Assembly (NCBI GenBank): GCA_964483565.1
Contig: CAZACF010000001.1
Span: 1-44,236, forward strand
Length of the DNA stretch: 44,236 bases
Reading direction: 5' to 3'
From: an uncultured Syntrophomonas sp.
Lineage (GTDB): Bacteria > Bacillota > Syntrophomonadia > Syntrophomonadales > Syntrophomonadaceae
Position numbers and translations under genes: made by a program. Positions 1 to 10,703 of this stretch are shown here, in pieces (within the stretch, counting starts at the first letter, position 1; each line of letters opens with the position of its first letter). Below the pieces are notes generated by a model that searched no databases, was not told the origin of the DNA, and saw only the letters and a list, made by a program, of their open reading frames with translations.

Positions 1-7
1 ATGTTAA

Positions 8-37
8 GGGGACATTCCCTCTAAAGGGTGTGTCCCT
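8..37 (+). terminator. Imperfect GC-rich hairpin, probably the end of an upstream transcript
   Basis: GGGGACATTCCCT-CTAA-AGGGTGTGTCCCT imperfect stem; no clear U-tract. Confidence 0.35.
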
Positions 38-158
38 CTGCCTTGCGCCGTTGCGGCGGTTTCCTGATGCATACAGTTGATATCTTGCAGGCGGCGAATA
101 AGATTTTCAGACTGCGTCATTCGTAAAGCAGTATTGATTCAATTAAGGAGAGAAAACA

Positions 159-1085
159 ATGAAAATAGCCGATCTCCATTGTGATACGCTATCCTTTCTC
201 CAGCAAAACGATGGTCAGCTGTTCTGCAATAATGGACAGTATGATTTGCAGCGTGCTGCCCAGGCAGGGATAAGGCTGCAGTTTTTTGCTATGTTTACCC
301 GACCGGATGAATCTGATCGGGCATTGCGTTCAATCCTGAAACAATTGGACAAATATTATCAGGAAATAGAAGCCAATTCAAATATAATCGAACATATACG
401 CAGTTATAAACAAATCATGAGCATTGACCAGTCCGGAAAAATTGGTGCCATACTGCATCTGGAGGGAGCGGAATGTCTGGGCAGTGATCTGGATATGCTG
501 TATCTGCTGTATCGAGCTGGTTTGCGCAGCATTGGTTTGACCTGGAATCATCGCAATCAATTTGCATCCGGCGTGGCTGAAGGGGACGCCGCTGCAGGAT
601 TGAGTAAACTGGGCCGCAATCTGGCGATAGAAATGGATAAATTAGGAATGATTATGGATCTGGCTCATATGTCCAAAGCATCATTTTATGATGTCTTGGA
701 ATACTACCGTAAACCGGTATTGGCGACTCATGCCAATTGCTTCAAACTTTGTCCCCACCCACGCAATCTGGATGATGAGCAATTAAAAAAACTGGCTGAA
801 CACGGAGGGCTGATCGGGATTACCCAAGTCACCGATTTTGTAAGTCTGGAACGTAAAGATCACGATGCTATGATCGACCATCTGGTTTATATCGCTGATC
901 TTATCGGCATTGACCATCTGGCCATGGGGTCTGATTTTGACGGTGCTGACGATATGATCATCCCTGAGGTAAGTGGTTATCAGCATTTACCTGAATTGAT
1001 GAAAAGGCGAGGTTTTACAGAAGCGGAGATAGATAAAATTTTGTTCAGCAATGTTGTTACTATTCTGCGAAAAATTTTGTCTTAA
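159..1085 (+). CDS. Membrane dipeptidase, peptidase family M19
   Basis: Motifs DLHCD, HLEG, LTWN, DLAH, THAN, HPRNL, GSDFDG; SD AAGGAG upstream. Confidence 0.9.
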   Translation: MKIADLHCDTLSFLQQNDGQLFCNNGQYDLQRAAQAGIRLQFFAMFTRPDESDRALRSILKQLDKYYQEIEANSNIIEHIRSYKQIMSIDQSGKIGAILHLEGAECLGSDLDMLYLLYRAGLRSIGLTWNHRNQFASGVAEGDAAAGLSKLGRNLAIEMDKLGMIMDLAHMSKASFYDVLEYYRKPVLATHANCFKLCPHPRNLDDEQLKKLAEHGGLIGITQVTDFVSLERKDHDAMIDHLVYIADLIGIDHLAMGSDFDGADDMIIPEVSGYQHLPELMKRRGFTEAEIDKILFSNVVTILRKILS

Positions 1086-1095
1086 GGAGTCCATT

Positions 1096-1935
1096 ATGCG
1101 CTGCCAATATGATTTACATGTTCATTCAACTTATTCGGACGGCACCCTCAGCCCGCAACGCTTAATCGACAAAGCTATGCAACATGGATTAATGGGGATC
1201 TCCATCACTGACCATGATACTCTGGAAGGCTTAGCTGAAACTCTGGCTTATATTGATGCCAATGCGGTAAAGATAGATTTTATTCCGGGCGTGGAATTAA
1301 ATACCGAACCCGAGGAAGAAGGAAACGAAATACATATTCTCGGGTACTATATAACAAGTGATAACCTGAGCTTTAGAGAAAGGCTGGGGGAGATTCGTGA
1401 GCAAAGAAAAAATCGGGCCAGGCAAATTGTAGCCAAGCTGAATGATTTGGGATACAAGCTACGTTTTGAAAAGGTTCTCAGTCTGGCAGGAAGTGATCTC
1501 ATCGGCAGACCGCATATTGCCTTGGCCATGATAGAAGCTGGTTACGCGAACAGCATTGAACAGGTGTTTAAAGAATACATCGGCTATGGCCGGGCGGCCT
1601 ACGTTAGACGATATAAATTCCCCCCCGCCGAGGCCATTGAATTGATCAAGTCGAGCGGGGGGATCGCAGTTCTGGCCCATCCAGGCTTGATCAAAAACCA
1701 GACTCTGGTGAGCAAACTGATAGAAGCCGGAATAGAAGGTTTGGAAGCTTTTTATCCCCAACATACGCCGCAACAGACCAGCGATTATGTAAAACTGGCG
1801 CAGCAGAAAAAATTGCTGGTTACAGGAGGATCGGACTATCATGGTCCGGGCAGCAGTGAAAGCCGGGCCCGGCTCGGCGCAGCCGGGATTGATTCTGAGT
1901 TGATGGAGAGGATTAAGATTTATAAATGTAAATAA
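1096..1935 (+). CDS. PHP-domain metal-dependent phosphoesterase (TrpH/YciV-like)
   Basis: DLHVHS..SDG, TDHD, GVE, HILGY, LAHP, GGSDYHG; start moved to ATG 1096 after AAGGAG. Confidence 0.9.
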   Translation: MRCQYDLHVHSTYSDGTLSPQRLIDKAMQHGLMGISITDHDTLEGLAETLAYIDANAVKIDFIPGVELNTEPEEEGNEIHILGYYITSDNLSFRERLGEIREQRKNRARQIVAKLNDLGYKLRFEKVLSLAGSDLIGRPHIALAMIEAGYANSIEQVFKEYIGYGRAAYVRRYKFPPAEAIELIKSSGGIAVLAHPGLIKNQTLVSKLIEAGIEGLEAFYPQHTPQQTSDYVKLAQQKKLLVTGGSDYHGPGSSESRARLGAAGIDSELMERIKIYKCK

Positions 1936-1963
1936 CATAATTTATTAAAAAATATTAATGTTT

Positions 1964-1991
1964 GCAGGAAAGTATCCTACCTGTGTTGAAT
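1964..1991 (+). promoter_or_regulatory. SigH-like promoter
   Basis: GCAGGA-N18-GAAT matches the Firmicute sigma-H consensus; AT-rich upstream; 43 bp before the LysM-NlpC gene. Confidence 0.55.
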
Positions 1992-2034
1992 TAAGTAATT
2001 TATTGCAATTGTTCAACGAAAGGTAGGGGGTAGG

Positions 2035-2874
2035 ATGAAGAAAAAAACAACCATATTTTTTGCAACGTTTCTATTGTGGTCATTGATGAGTGCGATTGCA
2101 CTGGCAGTTCCAACAAACTACGTAGTACAAGCCGGTGATTCATTGTGGAAAATCTCCAATACATATGGAGTCAGCATAGATCAGATTAAAAAACTAAACG
2201 GCTTGCAATCAGAATTTCTACAAATTGGACAGAAACTCTTGCTCAACAATAATGCCAATCAGGCAGCTGCACCAGTTGCTGCCCCGGTAGTAAATCCGCC
2301 AGCAAATAGCGGTACAGATGTTTACATCGTCAAGAGTGGCGATACGCTATGGGCGATTGCCCGGCACTTGGGGACAAGCATTGCCAGTATAAAAGAGATT
2401 AACGGTTTATCCAGCGATGCGCTCAAAATCGGCCAGATCTTGAAAGTCAATGCTTCTGCAGTGGTCAATACGGTGCCCGTTTCCAGATCTGGAGACAGCG
2501 CCAGCGCAACCAGACTCTTGGAAGACGCAGCGCAGTATTTAGGAACACCGTACAAATATGGCGGATCAGGCCCAGGAGGTTTTGATTGTTCCGGGTTTAC
2601 CAGTTACTTGTTTGCTCGTGCCGGCTATAGCCTTCCCAGAACAGCCGCCGGACAATACTCTGTCGGCACTGCAGTTTCACAGAGTGAATTGCAGCCGGGT
2701 GATTTAGTGTTTTTTGCTGGTGGCGGCAATGGTATTGATCATGTTGGCATCTATTCCGGCAATGGTCAGATGATCCATTCGAGTTCACCGCGTAGCGGCG
2801 GAGTGATATATACTTCTTTAAGTTCTTCTTATTATGCAAATTCTTATGTGGGAGCTAAAAGAGTTCTGCGCTGA
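2035..2874 (+). CDS. Secreted LysM x2 + NlpC/P60 cell-wall endopeptidase (LytE-like)
   Basis: Signal peptide, two LysM repeats (YVVQAGDSLWKIS, YIVKSGDTLWAIA), FDCSGF and HVGIY catalytic motifs. Confidence 0.92.
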   Translation: MKKKTTIFFATFLLWSLMSAIALAVPTNYVVQAGDSLWKISNTYGVSIDQIKKLNGLQSEFLQIGQKLLLNNNANQAAAPVAAPVVNPPANSGTDVYIVKSGDTLWAIARHLGTSIASIKEINGLSSDALKIGQILKVNASAVVNTVPVSRSGDSASATRLLEDAAQYLGTPYKYGGSGPGGFDCSGFTSYLFARAGYSLPRTAAGQYSVGTAVSQSELQPGDLVFFAGGGNGIDHVGIYSGNGQMIHSSSPRSGGVIYTSLSSSYYANSYVGAKRVLR

Positions 2875-2908
2875 TTGATACATATTTGACGATCTTTGAG
2901 GTGAATAA

Positions 2909-3289
2909 ATGGACCAGGAATTGTTCGGCATACCTTCCACTATATTGGGTAAAGAAGAATGGCGGGAACTGGAAAGAAGAGAAAATACCATCGGCCCGGA
3001 ACAATTGTTGAACGAAATATTAACCAAACGTTTATGGAGCAATGCAGAAATTACCTGGGTGATCAAACGGATGGTATATTTTTATGGCAAAAAAGATGTT
3101 TTATTGAAAAATACGCCTACAGATCGACTGTTTCTTAATATGGTTGATGTATTACGTTGCTTTTTTTTATTGATGGACAAAGAAGATCCTGCACTCGATG
3201 ATAATATTCGCGCTTACATATCCAGCAAGATAGCTGATGCAACTTGGGGGATCAATCAACACACCCGAAAATATTTAGATAAATTCTAA
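2909..3289 (+). CDS. Hypothetical protein, 126 aa
   Basis: Clean ORF with SD GAGGTG; no recognised motif. Confidence 0.8.
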   Translation: MDQELFGIPSTILGKEEWRELERRENTIGPEQLLNEILTKRLWSNAEITWVIKRMVYFYGKKDVLLKNTPTDRLFLNMVDVLRCFFLLMDKEDPALDDNIRAYISSKIADATWGINQHTRKYLDKF

Positions 3290-3324
3290 ATAAAATATTG
3301 GCTGTTGTACGGGGGATGTAAATA

Positions 3325-3948
3325 ATGAAAAAGGGGACTCGAGAACAAAATATCAAAAAAATTATTACCATGGAAGACAGGATCGTAAAGTGCAATCGTT
3401 GCCAATCCCTAACCCGCTGTATCAGGAAACCGTCACTTGGCAAAGGGGATCTGGAACCGGAATTGTTAATGGTGTTTGAATATGATAACCCGTTTACAAT
3501 GAACCGGGATGCGGTGCTAAATCTCAGAGATATTTTAAAAAAACATTTACAAATGGATAAGATTTATTATACCTTTCTGAGCCGATGTCAGCCAAAAGCG
3601 TGTGCAGTTAGGGAGAATGCCAATTGTTTCATGTCCAACAAGCTAATCGATAAAGATCTGGGTTGTCTGCTGACCAACCAAAAATGTGAAGGAATACCGA
3701 TCAAGCCTTCGGTTGATGTGATGATGAACTGTCTGCCTTATCTAATGGAAGAGATTGAAATTTTGCGACCTGCTTATGTGATTCTGTTTGGTAACCGGGT
3801 TGGCGATTATGTTCTCAAATCATGCGGGCATTTTGATCGGGCTGAGACCAACCGTACCTTTAACTATAATGGCACTTATTTTATGATTAGCGTTGGTGAA
3901 TCTGAATTTAATGAAGACCATGCCCTGGAGCTGACATCGCTGTTATGA
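3325..3948 (+). CDS. Uracil-DNA glycosylase family-4-like Fe-S protein, degenerate active site
   Basis: CxxCxxL N-terminus, YxT..RCQP and CLPYLMEEIEILRPAYVILFG match the UDG-4 scaffold; GEAPG and HP motifs absent. Confidence 0.7.
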   Translation: MKKGTREQNIKKIITMEDRIVKCNRCQSLTRCIRKPSLGKGDLEPELLMVFEYDNPFTMNRDAVLNLRDILKKHLQMDKIYYTFLSRCQPKACAVRENANCFMSNKLIDKDLGCLLTNQKCEGIPIKPSVDVMMNCLPYLMEEIEILRPAYVILFGNRVGDYVLKSCGHFDRAETNRTFNYNGTYFMISVGESEFNEDHALELTSLL

Positions 3949-3975
3949 GCCTCAAATAATAAACCAAATAGAATG

Positions 3976-4006
3976 AAAAATGCCGCGTGATTGTCGCGGC
4001 ATTTTT
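3976..4006. terminator. Bidirectional intrinsic terminator
   Basis: AAAAATGCCGCG-tgattgt-CGCGGCATTTTT. Confidence 0.85.
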
Positions 4007-4103
4007 GCGCCTTCAGGATCATTATTAGGGCCTGTCTTATGTCATTTTATTGCTTTCCTGCGAATAATCATTTGACAATAAGTGATTTAAGGGAGACAAA
4101 TAA

Positions 4104-6812
4104 ATGACAAAATATTCCTGGTGGAACCTATCAATTGAGGAAACTGCCCAACTGCTCAAAACAGATGTTGAGCAAGGGATTACTGACAGGGAAGCAAATA
4201 AGCGTCAAGAAACGTTCAGTAATCGAATCATTTCAGCCCCCGGCATCCATCCTGCGGCAATTTTATTAAACCAGTTTACCGATACGATGGTGCTGGTCTT
4301 GTTGGCCGCCACAGTAATTTCCGGATTAATTGGAGCAATGGGTGATGCCATAACGATCATGGCAATTGTGGTGCTCAATGCCATCCTGGGTTTTATTCAG
4401 GAATACCGAGCCGAAAAATCACTGGAAGAAATAAAAAAACTGGCTTCGCCAACGGCGATAATTATCCGCAGCGGAGAACGAAAAAAAATTGCGGCTGAAG
4501 CACTGGTACCGGGTGATCTGGTGGTTATTGAAGCGGGTGACAAGGTGCCTGCCGACTTGCGCCTGGTTTACAGCAGCAGTCTTGAAGCAGATGAATCTGC
4601 CTTGACCGGAGAATCTGTTCCGGTCAGTAAAAACGCCGGCAAAAATTTCCCCCCGGAAACCGTCTTGGCTGAGCAAGGTAATCTATGCTTTATGGGCACA
4701 TCCATAACCCGGGGCAGAGGCCGGGCTTTGGTAGTAGCGACTGGAATGGACACCGTAATGGGTGAAATCGCAGTCATGATGAAAGAAAATGATAAAAGCA
4801 TGACGCCTTTACAGACCAGATTGGATCATCTGGGCAAAGTATTGATTGTCATCTGCCTGGCTGTATGTACCTTGGTTGCAGGGCTGGGTATTCTCCGGGG
4901 CGAAGCTTGGCTGACCATGTTGATGGCGGGGATTAGTTTGGCAGTAGCTGCCATACCAGAAGGATTACCGGCAATCGTAACTGTAGTACTGGGATTGGGC
5001 GTACAGCGGATGGCAAAGCAAAATGCTATCATAAGAAAGCTTCCGGCGGTCGAAACACTGGGATGCACGACGGTTATTTGTTCTGACAAGACGGGGACAC
5101 TCACCCGTAATCAAATGACGGTAAAAAAAATAGCTGCTTATCATTGCGCCCTGGAGATTGAAGGAGAAGGTTATCAGAGTGAAGGAAAGTTTACATATCA
5201 AGGGAAAGCTATCAATCCTTTGCAAACTAGAAACTGTCAAATGATCATGGATGCAGCTTTAAATTGTAATCAAGCGGTGCTCAAGAAGGCCAAACATGGA
5301 TATGAAGTGGAAGGCGATCCCACCGAAGGCGCATTGTTGATTATGGCTGCTAAAGCTGGCTTGTCTAAACGTCTCAATATTATAAGGGAGATCCCTTTTG
5401 ATTCAGAGCGCAAATGTATGACCGTGGTGGTGGAACAAAACGGAGAATACCTGGCACTGGTAAAAGGCGCCTTGGAGGTGATCCTACCTTCTTGTAAACA
5501 ACTGATCAAAGCGCACGGGGTTGATCAGCTTGGTAATAATGAACGTAAATATTTTCTAAAATTGCAGTCTCAATGGGCAGACGAAGCCATGCGTGTGCTT
5601 GGATTTGCTTATAAACCGCTGTCCAAAATGGAATGGCAACAATTAAGCGATGCACAACTGGAATCGGATTTGATTCTATCCGGAATCTGTGGGATGATAG
5701 ACCCGCCGCGTAAAGGTACGGCACGCTCGGTAAAACAATGTTTGGACGCCGGTATCATCCCTATTATGGTCACCGGGGATCATCCCTTAACCGCCCGCGC
5801 CATAGCTCGCAGCATAGGTTTGGCAACTGGTCAGGAGGTTGTTTCCGGACAAGAGATCGACCAGTTGGATGACGAGACATTATACCGCAGAGTCATCCAT
5901 GACCGGGTGGTGGCCAGAGTATCTCCTCAGCATAAAAACAGAATTGTTCAGGTGCTAAAATCTCATGACCAGGTGGTTGCCATGACCGGCGACGGGATTA
6001 ATGATGCGCCTGCCATAAAAGCAGCTGATATTGGGATTGCCATGGGGATCAGCGGCACCGAAGTAAGCAAAGAGGCATCGTCCATGGTATTGACCGATGA
6101 TGACTTTTCCACCATTGTAAAAGCTGTTCATGAAGGAAGGGCCATTTACGATAATATCCGAAAATTTATCCGTTATCTGCTGGGCTGCAATATCGGGGAA
6201 GTTTTGGTGATGTTGCTGGCCTCATTAATGGCCTTGCCGCTGCCCATGCTGCCCATTCAAATCCTCTGGGTGAATCTGGTTACCGATGGATTGCCAGCCA
6301 TGGCACTGGGAGTTGAACCACCTGAACCAGGTATCATGAAACGGAAGCCACGGCCTAAAAATGAGAGCATTTTTGCTGACCGTTTAGCCTTGACCATTTT
6401 CAGCCGGGGTATTTACATCGCGGTGATAACGGTAGCGACGTTTTTGATTGCCTTTGGCTGGAGCGAATCACAGGGCATGCCAGGTTTGGATTTGGCTCGC
6501 ACCATGGCTTTTACAACTTTGGTTTTTGCGCAGTTGTTTTACGTTTTTGAATGCCGTTCAGAAAAGTTCTCGCCCTTTGAATTGGGATTCGGCAAAAACA
6601 AATTTTTAATCGCTGCGGTCTGCTTTTCGATTATGATGCAACTAACTGTGATTTATTTACCCTTTATGCAATCCATCTTTCAAACCGTTCCGCTGCAACC
6701 ATGGCAATGGTTGTTGATTCTTGCCTTATCAGGGATCAAATTTATGGGACGTTTATTCATGTATACCTGGCAAAGGGTTTTTGTTTCCAATCTTAGATAT
6801 GTTAAAATGTAA
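4104..6812 (+). CDS. P-type cation (Ca2+) ATPase, type IIA (YloB-like)
   Basis: TGES, IPEGL, DKTGT, KGA, TGD, GDGIND, NLVTD motifs; upstream of yloC-remA-gmk as in Bacillus. Confidence 0.92.
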   Translation: MTKYSWWNLSIEETAQLLKTDVEQGITDREANKRQETFSNRIISAPGIHPAAILLNQFTDTMVLVLLAATVISGLIGAMGDAITIMAIVVLNAILGFIQEYRAEKSLEEIKKLASPTAIIIRSGERKKIAAEALVPGDLVVIEAGDKVPADLRLVYSSSLEADESALTGESVPVSKNAGKNFPPETVLAEQGNLCFMGTSITRGRGRALVVATGMDTVMGEIAVMMKENDKSMTPLQTRLDHLGKVLIVICLAVCTLVAGLGILRGEAWLTMLMAGISLAVAAIPEGLPAIVTVVLGLGVQRMAKQNAIIRKLPAVETLGCTTVICSDKTGTLTRNQMTVKKIAAYHCALEIEGEGYQSEGKFTYQGKAINPLQTRNCQMIMDAALNCNQAVLKKAKHGYEVEGDPTEGALLIMAAKAGLSKRLNIIREIPFDSERKCMTVVVEQNGEYLALVKGALEVILPSCKQLIKAHGVDQLGNNERKYFLKLQSQWADEAMRVLGFAYKPLSKMEWQQLSDAQLESDLILSGICGMIDPPRKGTARSVKQCLDAGIIPIMVTGDHPLTARAIARSIGLATGQEVVSGQEIDQLDDETLYRRVIHDRVVARVSPQHKNRIVQVLKSHDQVVAMTGDGINDAPAIKAADIGIAMGISGTEVSKEASSMVLTDDDFSTIVKAVHEGRAIYDNIRKFIRYLLGCNIGEVLVMLLASLMALPLPMLPIQILWVNLVTDGLPAMALGVEPPEPGIMKRKPRPKNESIFADRLALTIFSRGIYIAVITVATFLIAFGWSESQGMPGLDLARTMAFTTLVFAQLFYVFECRSEKFSPFELGFGKNKFLIAAVCFSIMMQLTVIYLPFMQSIFQTVPLQPWQWLLILALSGIKFMGRLFMYTWQRVFVSNLRYVKM

Positions 6813-6869
6813 TAGCTGTAGACAAAACAACAATTTTAGGGGTATTCCTGATCGATTGGGAGGTAAATG

Positions 6870-7706
6870 ATGGAATTTGTAAAAATGCATGGTCTGGGCA
6901 ACGATTTTATTATCGTTGAAGCCGGCTCCTGGAAGGAAGCTGACCATCTGCAAGCGCACTCCCCAATCCTTTGTGACCGTCATTTTGGTATTGGGGCTGA
7001 TGGGTTGGTGGTTATCGGACCAGATCAAGCCATGGATCTATTCATGAGGATATTCAATCCGGATGGCAGTGAGCCGGAAATGTGCGGTAATGCCATTCGC
7101 TGTGTGGCTCGCTACGCATATGAGAATGGCTGGGTCAAGCAGAAAAACATTTCGGTCAGAACCCTGGCCGGAATTCGTTATCCTCAAATTGAAACGGCGA
7201 ATGGAAAAGTTATCAACGTATGCGTTGATATGGGACAGCCTGTGCTGGAACGCAAGTTGATCCCTATGCAAGGCGAAGGTTCAGCCGTTAAAACCAAACT
7301 TACTTCCGCTACAAATGAATTCGAGATTACAGCTGTATCTATGGGCAATCCTCATTGCATCCATTTCGTTGATCAGATTGAACAAGTACCGATCGCTGCC
7401 TGGGGCAGTATGATGGAATCGCACCCCTTGTTCCCGGCCAAGACCAATGTAGAATTTGTGCAGATGGTGGCTCGTGATGAAATGATCATGCGCGTCTGGG
7501 AAAGAGGCGCAGGGATTACCATGGCCTGTGGGACGGGAGCCTGTGCTTCACTGGTGGCGGCAGTTTTAAATGATGTGAGTGATCGTAAGGCCACTATTCA
7601 TTTACTGGGTGGAGATCTATATATAGAATGGAAGGAAGAAAATAACCATGTCTACATGACCGGACCGGCTGAATATGTTTTTGCGGGTAAAATCGCGCTT
7701 CAATAA
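6870..7706 (+). CDS. dapF: Diaminopimelate epimerase
   Basis: KMHGLGNDF, EMCGN, GNPH, ERGAGITMACGTG. Confidence 0.96.
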   Translation: MEFVKMHGLGNDFIIVEAGSWKEADHLQAHSPILCDRHFGIGADGLVVIGPDQAMDLFMRIFNPDGSEPEMCGNAIRCVARYAYENGWVKQKNISVRTLAGIRYPQIETANGKVINVCVDMGQPVLERKLIPMQGEGSAVKTKLTSATNEFEITAVSMGNPHCIHFVDQIEQVPIAAWGSMMESHPLFPAKTNVEFVQMVARDEMIMRVWERGAGITMACGTGACASLVAAVLNDVSDRKATIHLLGGDLYIEWKEENNHVYMTGPAEYVFAGKIALQ

Positions 7707-7736
7707 AAAACCATAAAATAATGATGGAGGGATACT

Positions 7737-8912
7737 GTGAAAGTCAACCATGCCATGCAAAATTTGCCCCCGTATTTATTTGCTCGAATTGAACAAAAAA
7801 TTGCTGAAGCCAAAGAAAAAGGGATTGATATTATCAATTTGGGAATAGGCGATCCCGATATACCAACGCCTCAACACATCATTGAGCGTATGGCCACCGC
7901 CATTTACGATAGTGCCAATCACCAATATCCCAGCTCAGTAGGCCTTTTGGAATTTCGCACGGCAGTGGCAGAGTGGTACAAGCGACGTTTTCAGGTACAT
8001 CTGGATCCAAAAACGGAAGTAGTATCATTGTTAGGATCTAAAGAAGGAATTGCTCATATTTCCTTTACCTATCTAAATCAAAACGATATCACTCTGGTAC
8101 CCGATCCCGGCTATCCGGTATATGGAATAGGAACCCTGCTGGCCGGAGGGCAATCACATATCATGCCGCTGCAAGCAGAAAATGGATTCCTGCCTGTACT
8201 GGAGAACATTCCAACGGAGATCGCCCGAAAAGCCAAACTGATGTTTTTGAATTACCCCAACAATCCTACCGGCGCCCTTGCAGATTTGGACTTTTTCACC
8301 AAAGTGGTGGCCTTTGCCCGTGAATTTGATATTCTGGTGTGCCATGATGCCCCTTATTCGGAGATGGCTTTCGATGGAGTGGTTGTACCCAGTTTGCTGC
8401 AAGCTGACGGGGCCAAGGAGGTTGCCATTGAATTTCATTCCCTTTCCAAAACCTACAATATGACCGGCTGGAGAATTGGCTGGGCGGCGGGCAACCGTGA
8501 AGCTGTAGAAGCACTGGGACGTTTTAAGTCAAACGTTGACTCAGGCGTTTTTCAGGCCATTCAATATGCCGGCATTGAGGCTTTAAGAGGTTCACAGGAC
8601 TGTATTCGGGAAAACTGTGCGATATATCAACAGCGCCGTGATATTGCCATAGCAGGATTGCGAAAAATGGGCTGGAAGATTAACCCGCCTCAGGCAACCT
8701 TCTATCTCTGGGCACCTGTTCCGCAGGGTTACACATCCGCTTCCTTTGCGGAATTAATGCTGGATAAAGCAGCGGTGATCGTTACCCCCGGGAATGGCTA
8801 CGGTGAATACGGGGAGGGATATTTCCGGATTGCCCTTACCGTTTCCAGTGAACGGATGCAGGAGGCATTTGAGCGGATGTATAATACATTGGGAAAGGTC
8901 GAGTTTAAATGA
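7737..8912 (+). CDS. dapL: LL-diaminopimelate aminotransferase
   Basis: [39 protein letters not shown]; adjacent to dapF; GTG start. Confidence 0.88.
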   Translation: MKVNHAMQNLPPYLFARIEQKIAEAKEKGIDIINLGIGDPDIPTPQHIIERMATAIYDSANHQYPSSVGLLEFRTAVAEWYKRRFQVHLDPKTEVVSLLGSKEGIAHISFTYLNQNDITLVPDPGYPVYGIGTLLAGGQSHIMPLQAENGFLPVLENIPTEIARKAKLMFLNYPNNPTGALADLDFFTKVVAFAREFDILVCHDAPYSEMAFDGVVVPSLLQADGAKEVAIEFHSLSKTYNMTGWRIGWAAGNREAVEALGRFKSNVDSGVFQAIQYAGIEALRGSQDCIRENCAIYQQRRDIAIAGLRKMGWKINPPQATFYLWAPVPQGYTSASFAELMLDKAAVIVTPGNGYGEYGEGYFRIALTVSSERMQEAFERMYNTLGKVEFK

Positions 8913-9790
8913 TAAAAAGCATGACCGGTTTTGGACGCAGCCAGCTCAATGAGAATGGTTATGTGGTCAGTTGTGAAATCAAAGGAGTTAATCATCGCTA
9001 TTTGGATCCTCATATCAGAATGCCACGACGGTACGGGCTTTTGGAGGACAGGGTCAAGGAAGAACTGAAAAAAAACATTCATCGCGGCCGCCTTGAAATC
9101 AGCATTAATATTGAGAAAACGCGAGAAAGCACGAGGATTATCAAGGTTGACAAAGAATTGGCGATAGCTTATTATAATTCTTTGAAGGATTTAGCGGAAA
9201 ATTTGGATATGCATGCCTCTTTCAGCCTGATGGACATATTTCGTCTGCCCGACGTATTCAATTTGGAAGACGCGGAAGAAGATCTGGAAATATGCTGGCT
9301 GACTTTGCAGAAGTCGCTGGCCCAAGCCATTGAAGGTCTGGTCAAAATGCGCCTCAAGGAAGGCCAAAACCTATTGACTGACCTGCTGAACCGAACCGAT
9401 TATATTCGTAATGAAGTCGGCAAGCTGGAAAGCAGAGCGCCGTTTCTGGAACAGGGATATGAGGAAAGGCTGCGCAACAAAATAAAAGAGATGATTCCGC
9501 TTGAATCCATTGATGAAAACAGGATAATGCAGGAAGTTGCCATTTTTTCCGATCGGGCAAGCATAACCGAGGAAATCGTCCGTTTGCAGAGCCATATCAT
9601 ACAGTTTAACGAAACCCTGACCAATAGTGATGAAGCGGTTGGTCGTAAAAGCGATTTCCTGGTACAGGAAATGTTCAGAGAAATCAATACGGTAGCTTCC
9701 AAAGCCAATGATATTGAAATGAGTCAGATTGTAATCAACGTAAAAGCAGAGCTGGAAAAAGTCAGAGAACAACTGCAGAATATTGAATAA
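8909..9790 (+). CDS. yloC: YicC/YloC family endoribonuclease
   Basis: [50 protein letters not shown]. Confidence 0.93.
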   Translation: MIKSMTGFGRSQLNENGYVVSCEIKGVNHRYLDPHIRMPRRYGLLEDRVKEELKKNIHRGRLEISINIEKTRESTRIIKVDKELAIAYYNSLKDLAENLDMHASFSLMDIFRLPDVFNLEDAEEDLEICWLTLQKSLAQAIEGLVKMRLKEGQNLLTDLLNRTDYIRNEVGKLESRAPFLEQGYEERLRNKIKEMIPLESIDENRIMQEVAIFSDRASITEEIVRLQSHIIQFNETLTNSDEAVGRKSDFLVQEMFREINTVASKANDIEMSQIVINVKAELEKVREQLQNIE

Positions 9791-9822
9791 ATCAGGAGGT
9801 GTAACCGGTCAGCCGGTAATTT

Positions 9823-10086
9823 ATGGACGTTAAACTTGTTAATATCGGTTTCGGGAACATTGTAGCTGCGAATCGCATCATCGCCATTGTGAGCCCAGAG
9901 TCAGCACCGATTAAAAGAATCATCCAGGAAGCACGGGAAAAGGGTGTTTTGATCGATGCTACGTATGGAAGAAGAACCAGAGCAGTAGTTGTTATGGATA
10001 GCAGTCATGTTATTTTATCCGCTGTGCAGCCGGAAACAGTTGCCAATCGTTTGGGAGCCAAAGACAATTCCAACGAGGAAGCATAA
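9823..10086 (+). CDS. remA: RemA (DUF370) regulator
   Basis: [41 protein letters not shown]. Confidence 0.95.
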   Translation: MDVKLVNIGFGNIVAANRIIAIVSPESAPIKRIIQEAREKGVLIDATYGRRTRAVVVMDSSHVILSAVQPETVANRLGAKDNSNEEA

Positions 10087-10100
10087 TAGAAAGTGTTACG

Positions 10101-10703
10101 ATGATGGAAAGAACTGGCATATTATTTATTATTTCCGGCCCCTCGGGGGTTGGCAAAGGTACCGTCAAAGAGGCTGTTCTCAAACGCTTGAATGACATGA
10201 AAGTTTCCATATCAGCGACTACCAGACCGCCTCGTACGGGAGAAACTGACGGACAGGATTATTTCTTTTTGCCTCCGGAAACATTTCAAACTATGGTTGA
10301 ACAAGGGAAATTCCTGGAATGGGCCCAAGTATATGATAATTTATATGGAACCCCGCAGGATTTTGTAAACAACAATCTGGCAGGCGGTTTTGATGTCGTT
10401 CTGGAGATCGATATACAGGGAGCCATGCAGGTAAAAGCAAAAATGCCCCAGGGCGTTTTTATTTTTATTGAACCGCCCAGTATTGAAGAGTTAGCCATGC
10501 GGTTATGCAAACGAGGCAAGGATTCCGAAGAAAGTGTAAAAAAACGTATGGCCAGTTGTCGCGAGGAAATGAAACATAGCTGTTACTATGATTATCTGGT
10601 TATAAATGATGATCTGCAGGAAGCCGTAGAAAAAGTCTATGCCATCATTGTAGCGGAACGCTGCAGAATCAGGAGAAATGATGAAGGGGTGATGGGCAGT
10701 TGA
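10101..10703 (+). CDS. gmk: Guanylate kinase
   Basis: GPSGVGKGT P-loop, SATTRPPR.GE.DG.DY, LEIDIQGA. Confidence 0.97.
   Translation: MMERTGILFIISGPSGVGKGTVKEAVLKRLNDMKVSISATTRPPRTGETDGQDYFFLPPETFQTMVEQGKFLEWAQVYDNLYGTPQDFVNNNLAGGFDVVLEIDIQGAMQVKAKMPQGVFIFIEPPSIEELAMRLCKRGKDSEESVKKRMASCREEMKHSCYYDYLVINDDLQEAVEKVYAIIVAERCRIRRNDEGVMGS

Noticed and set aside
4041-4071. SigE-like promoter before the Ca-ATPase (TCATTTT..AATAATCAT)
   Set aside because: The -10 match and spacing are too loose to support by eye
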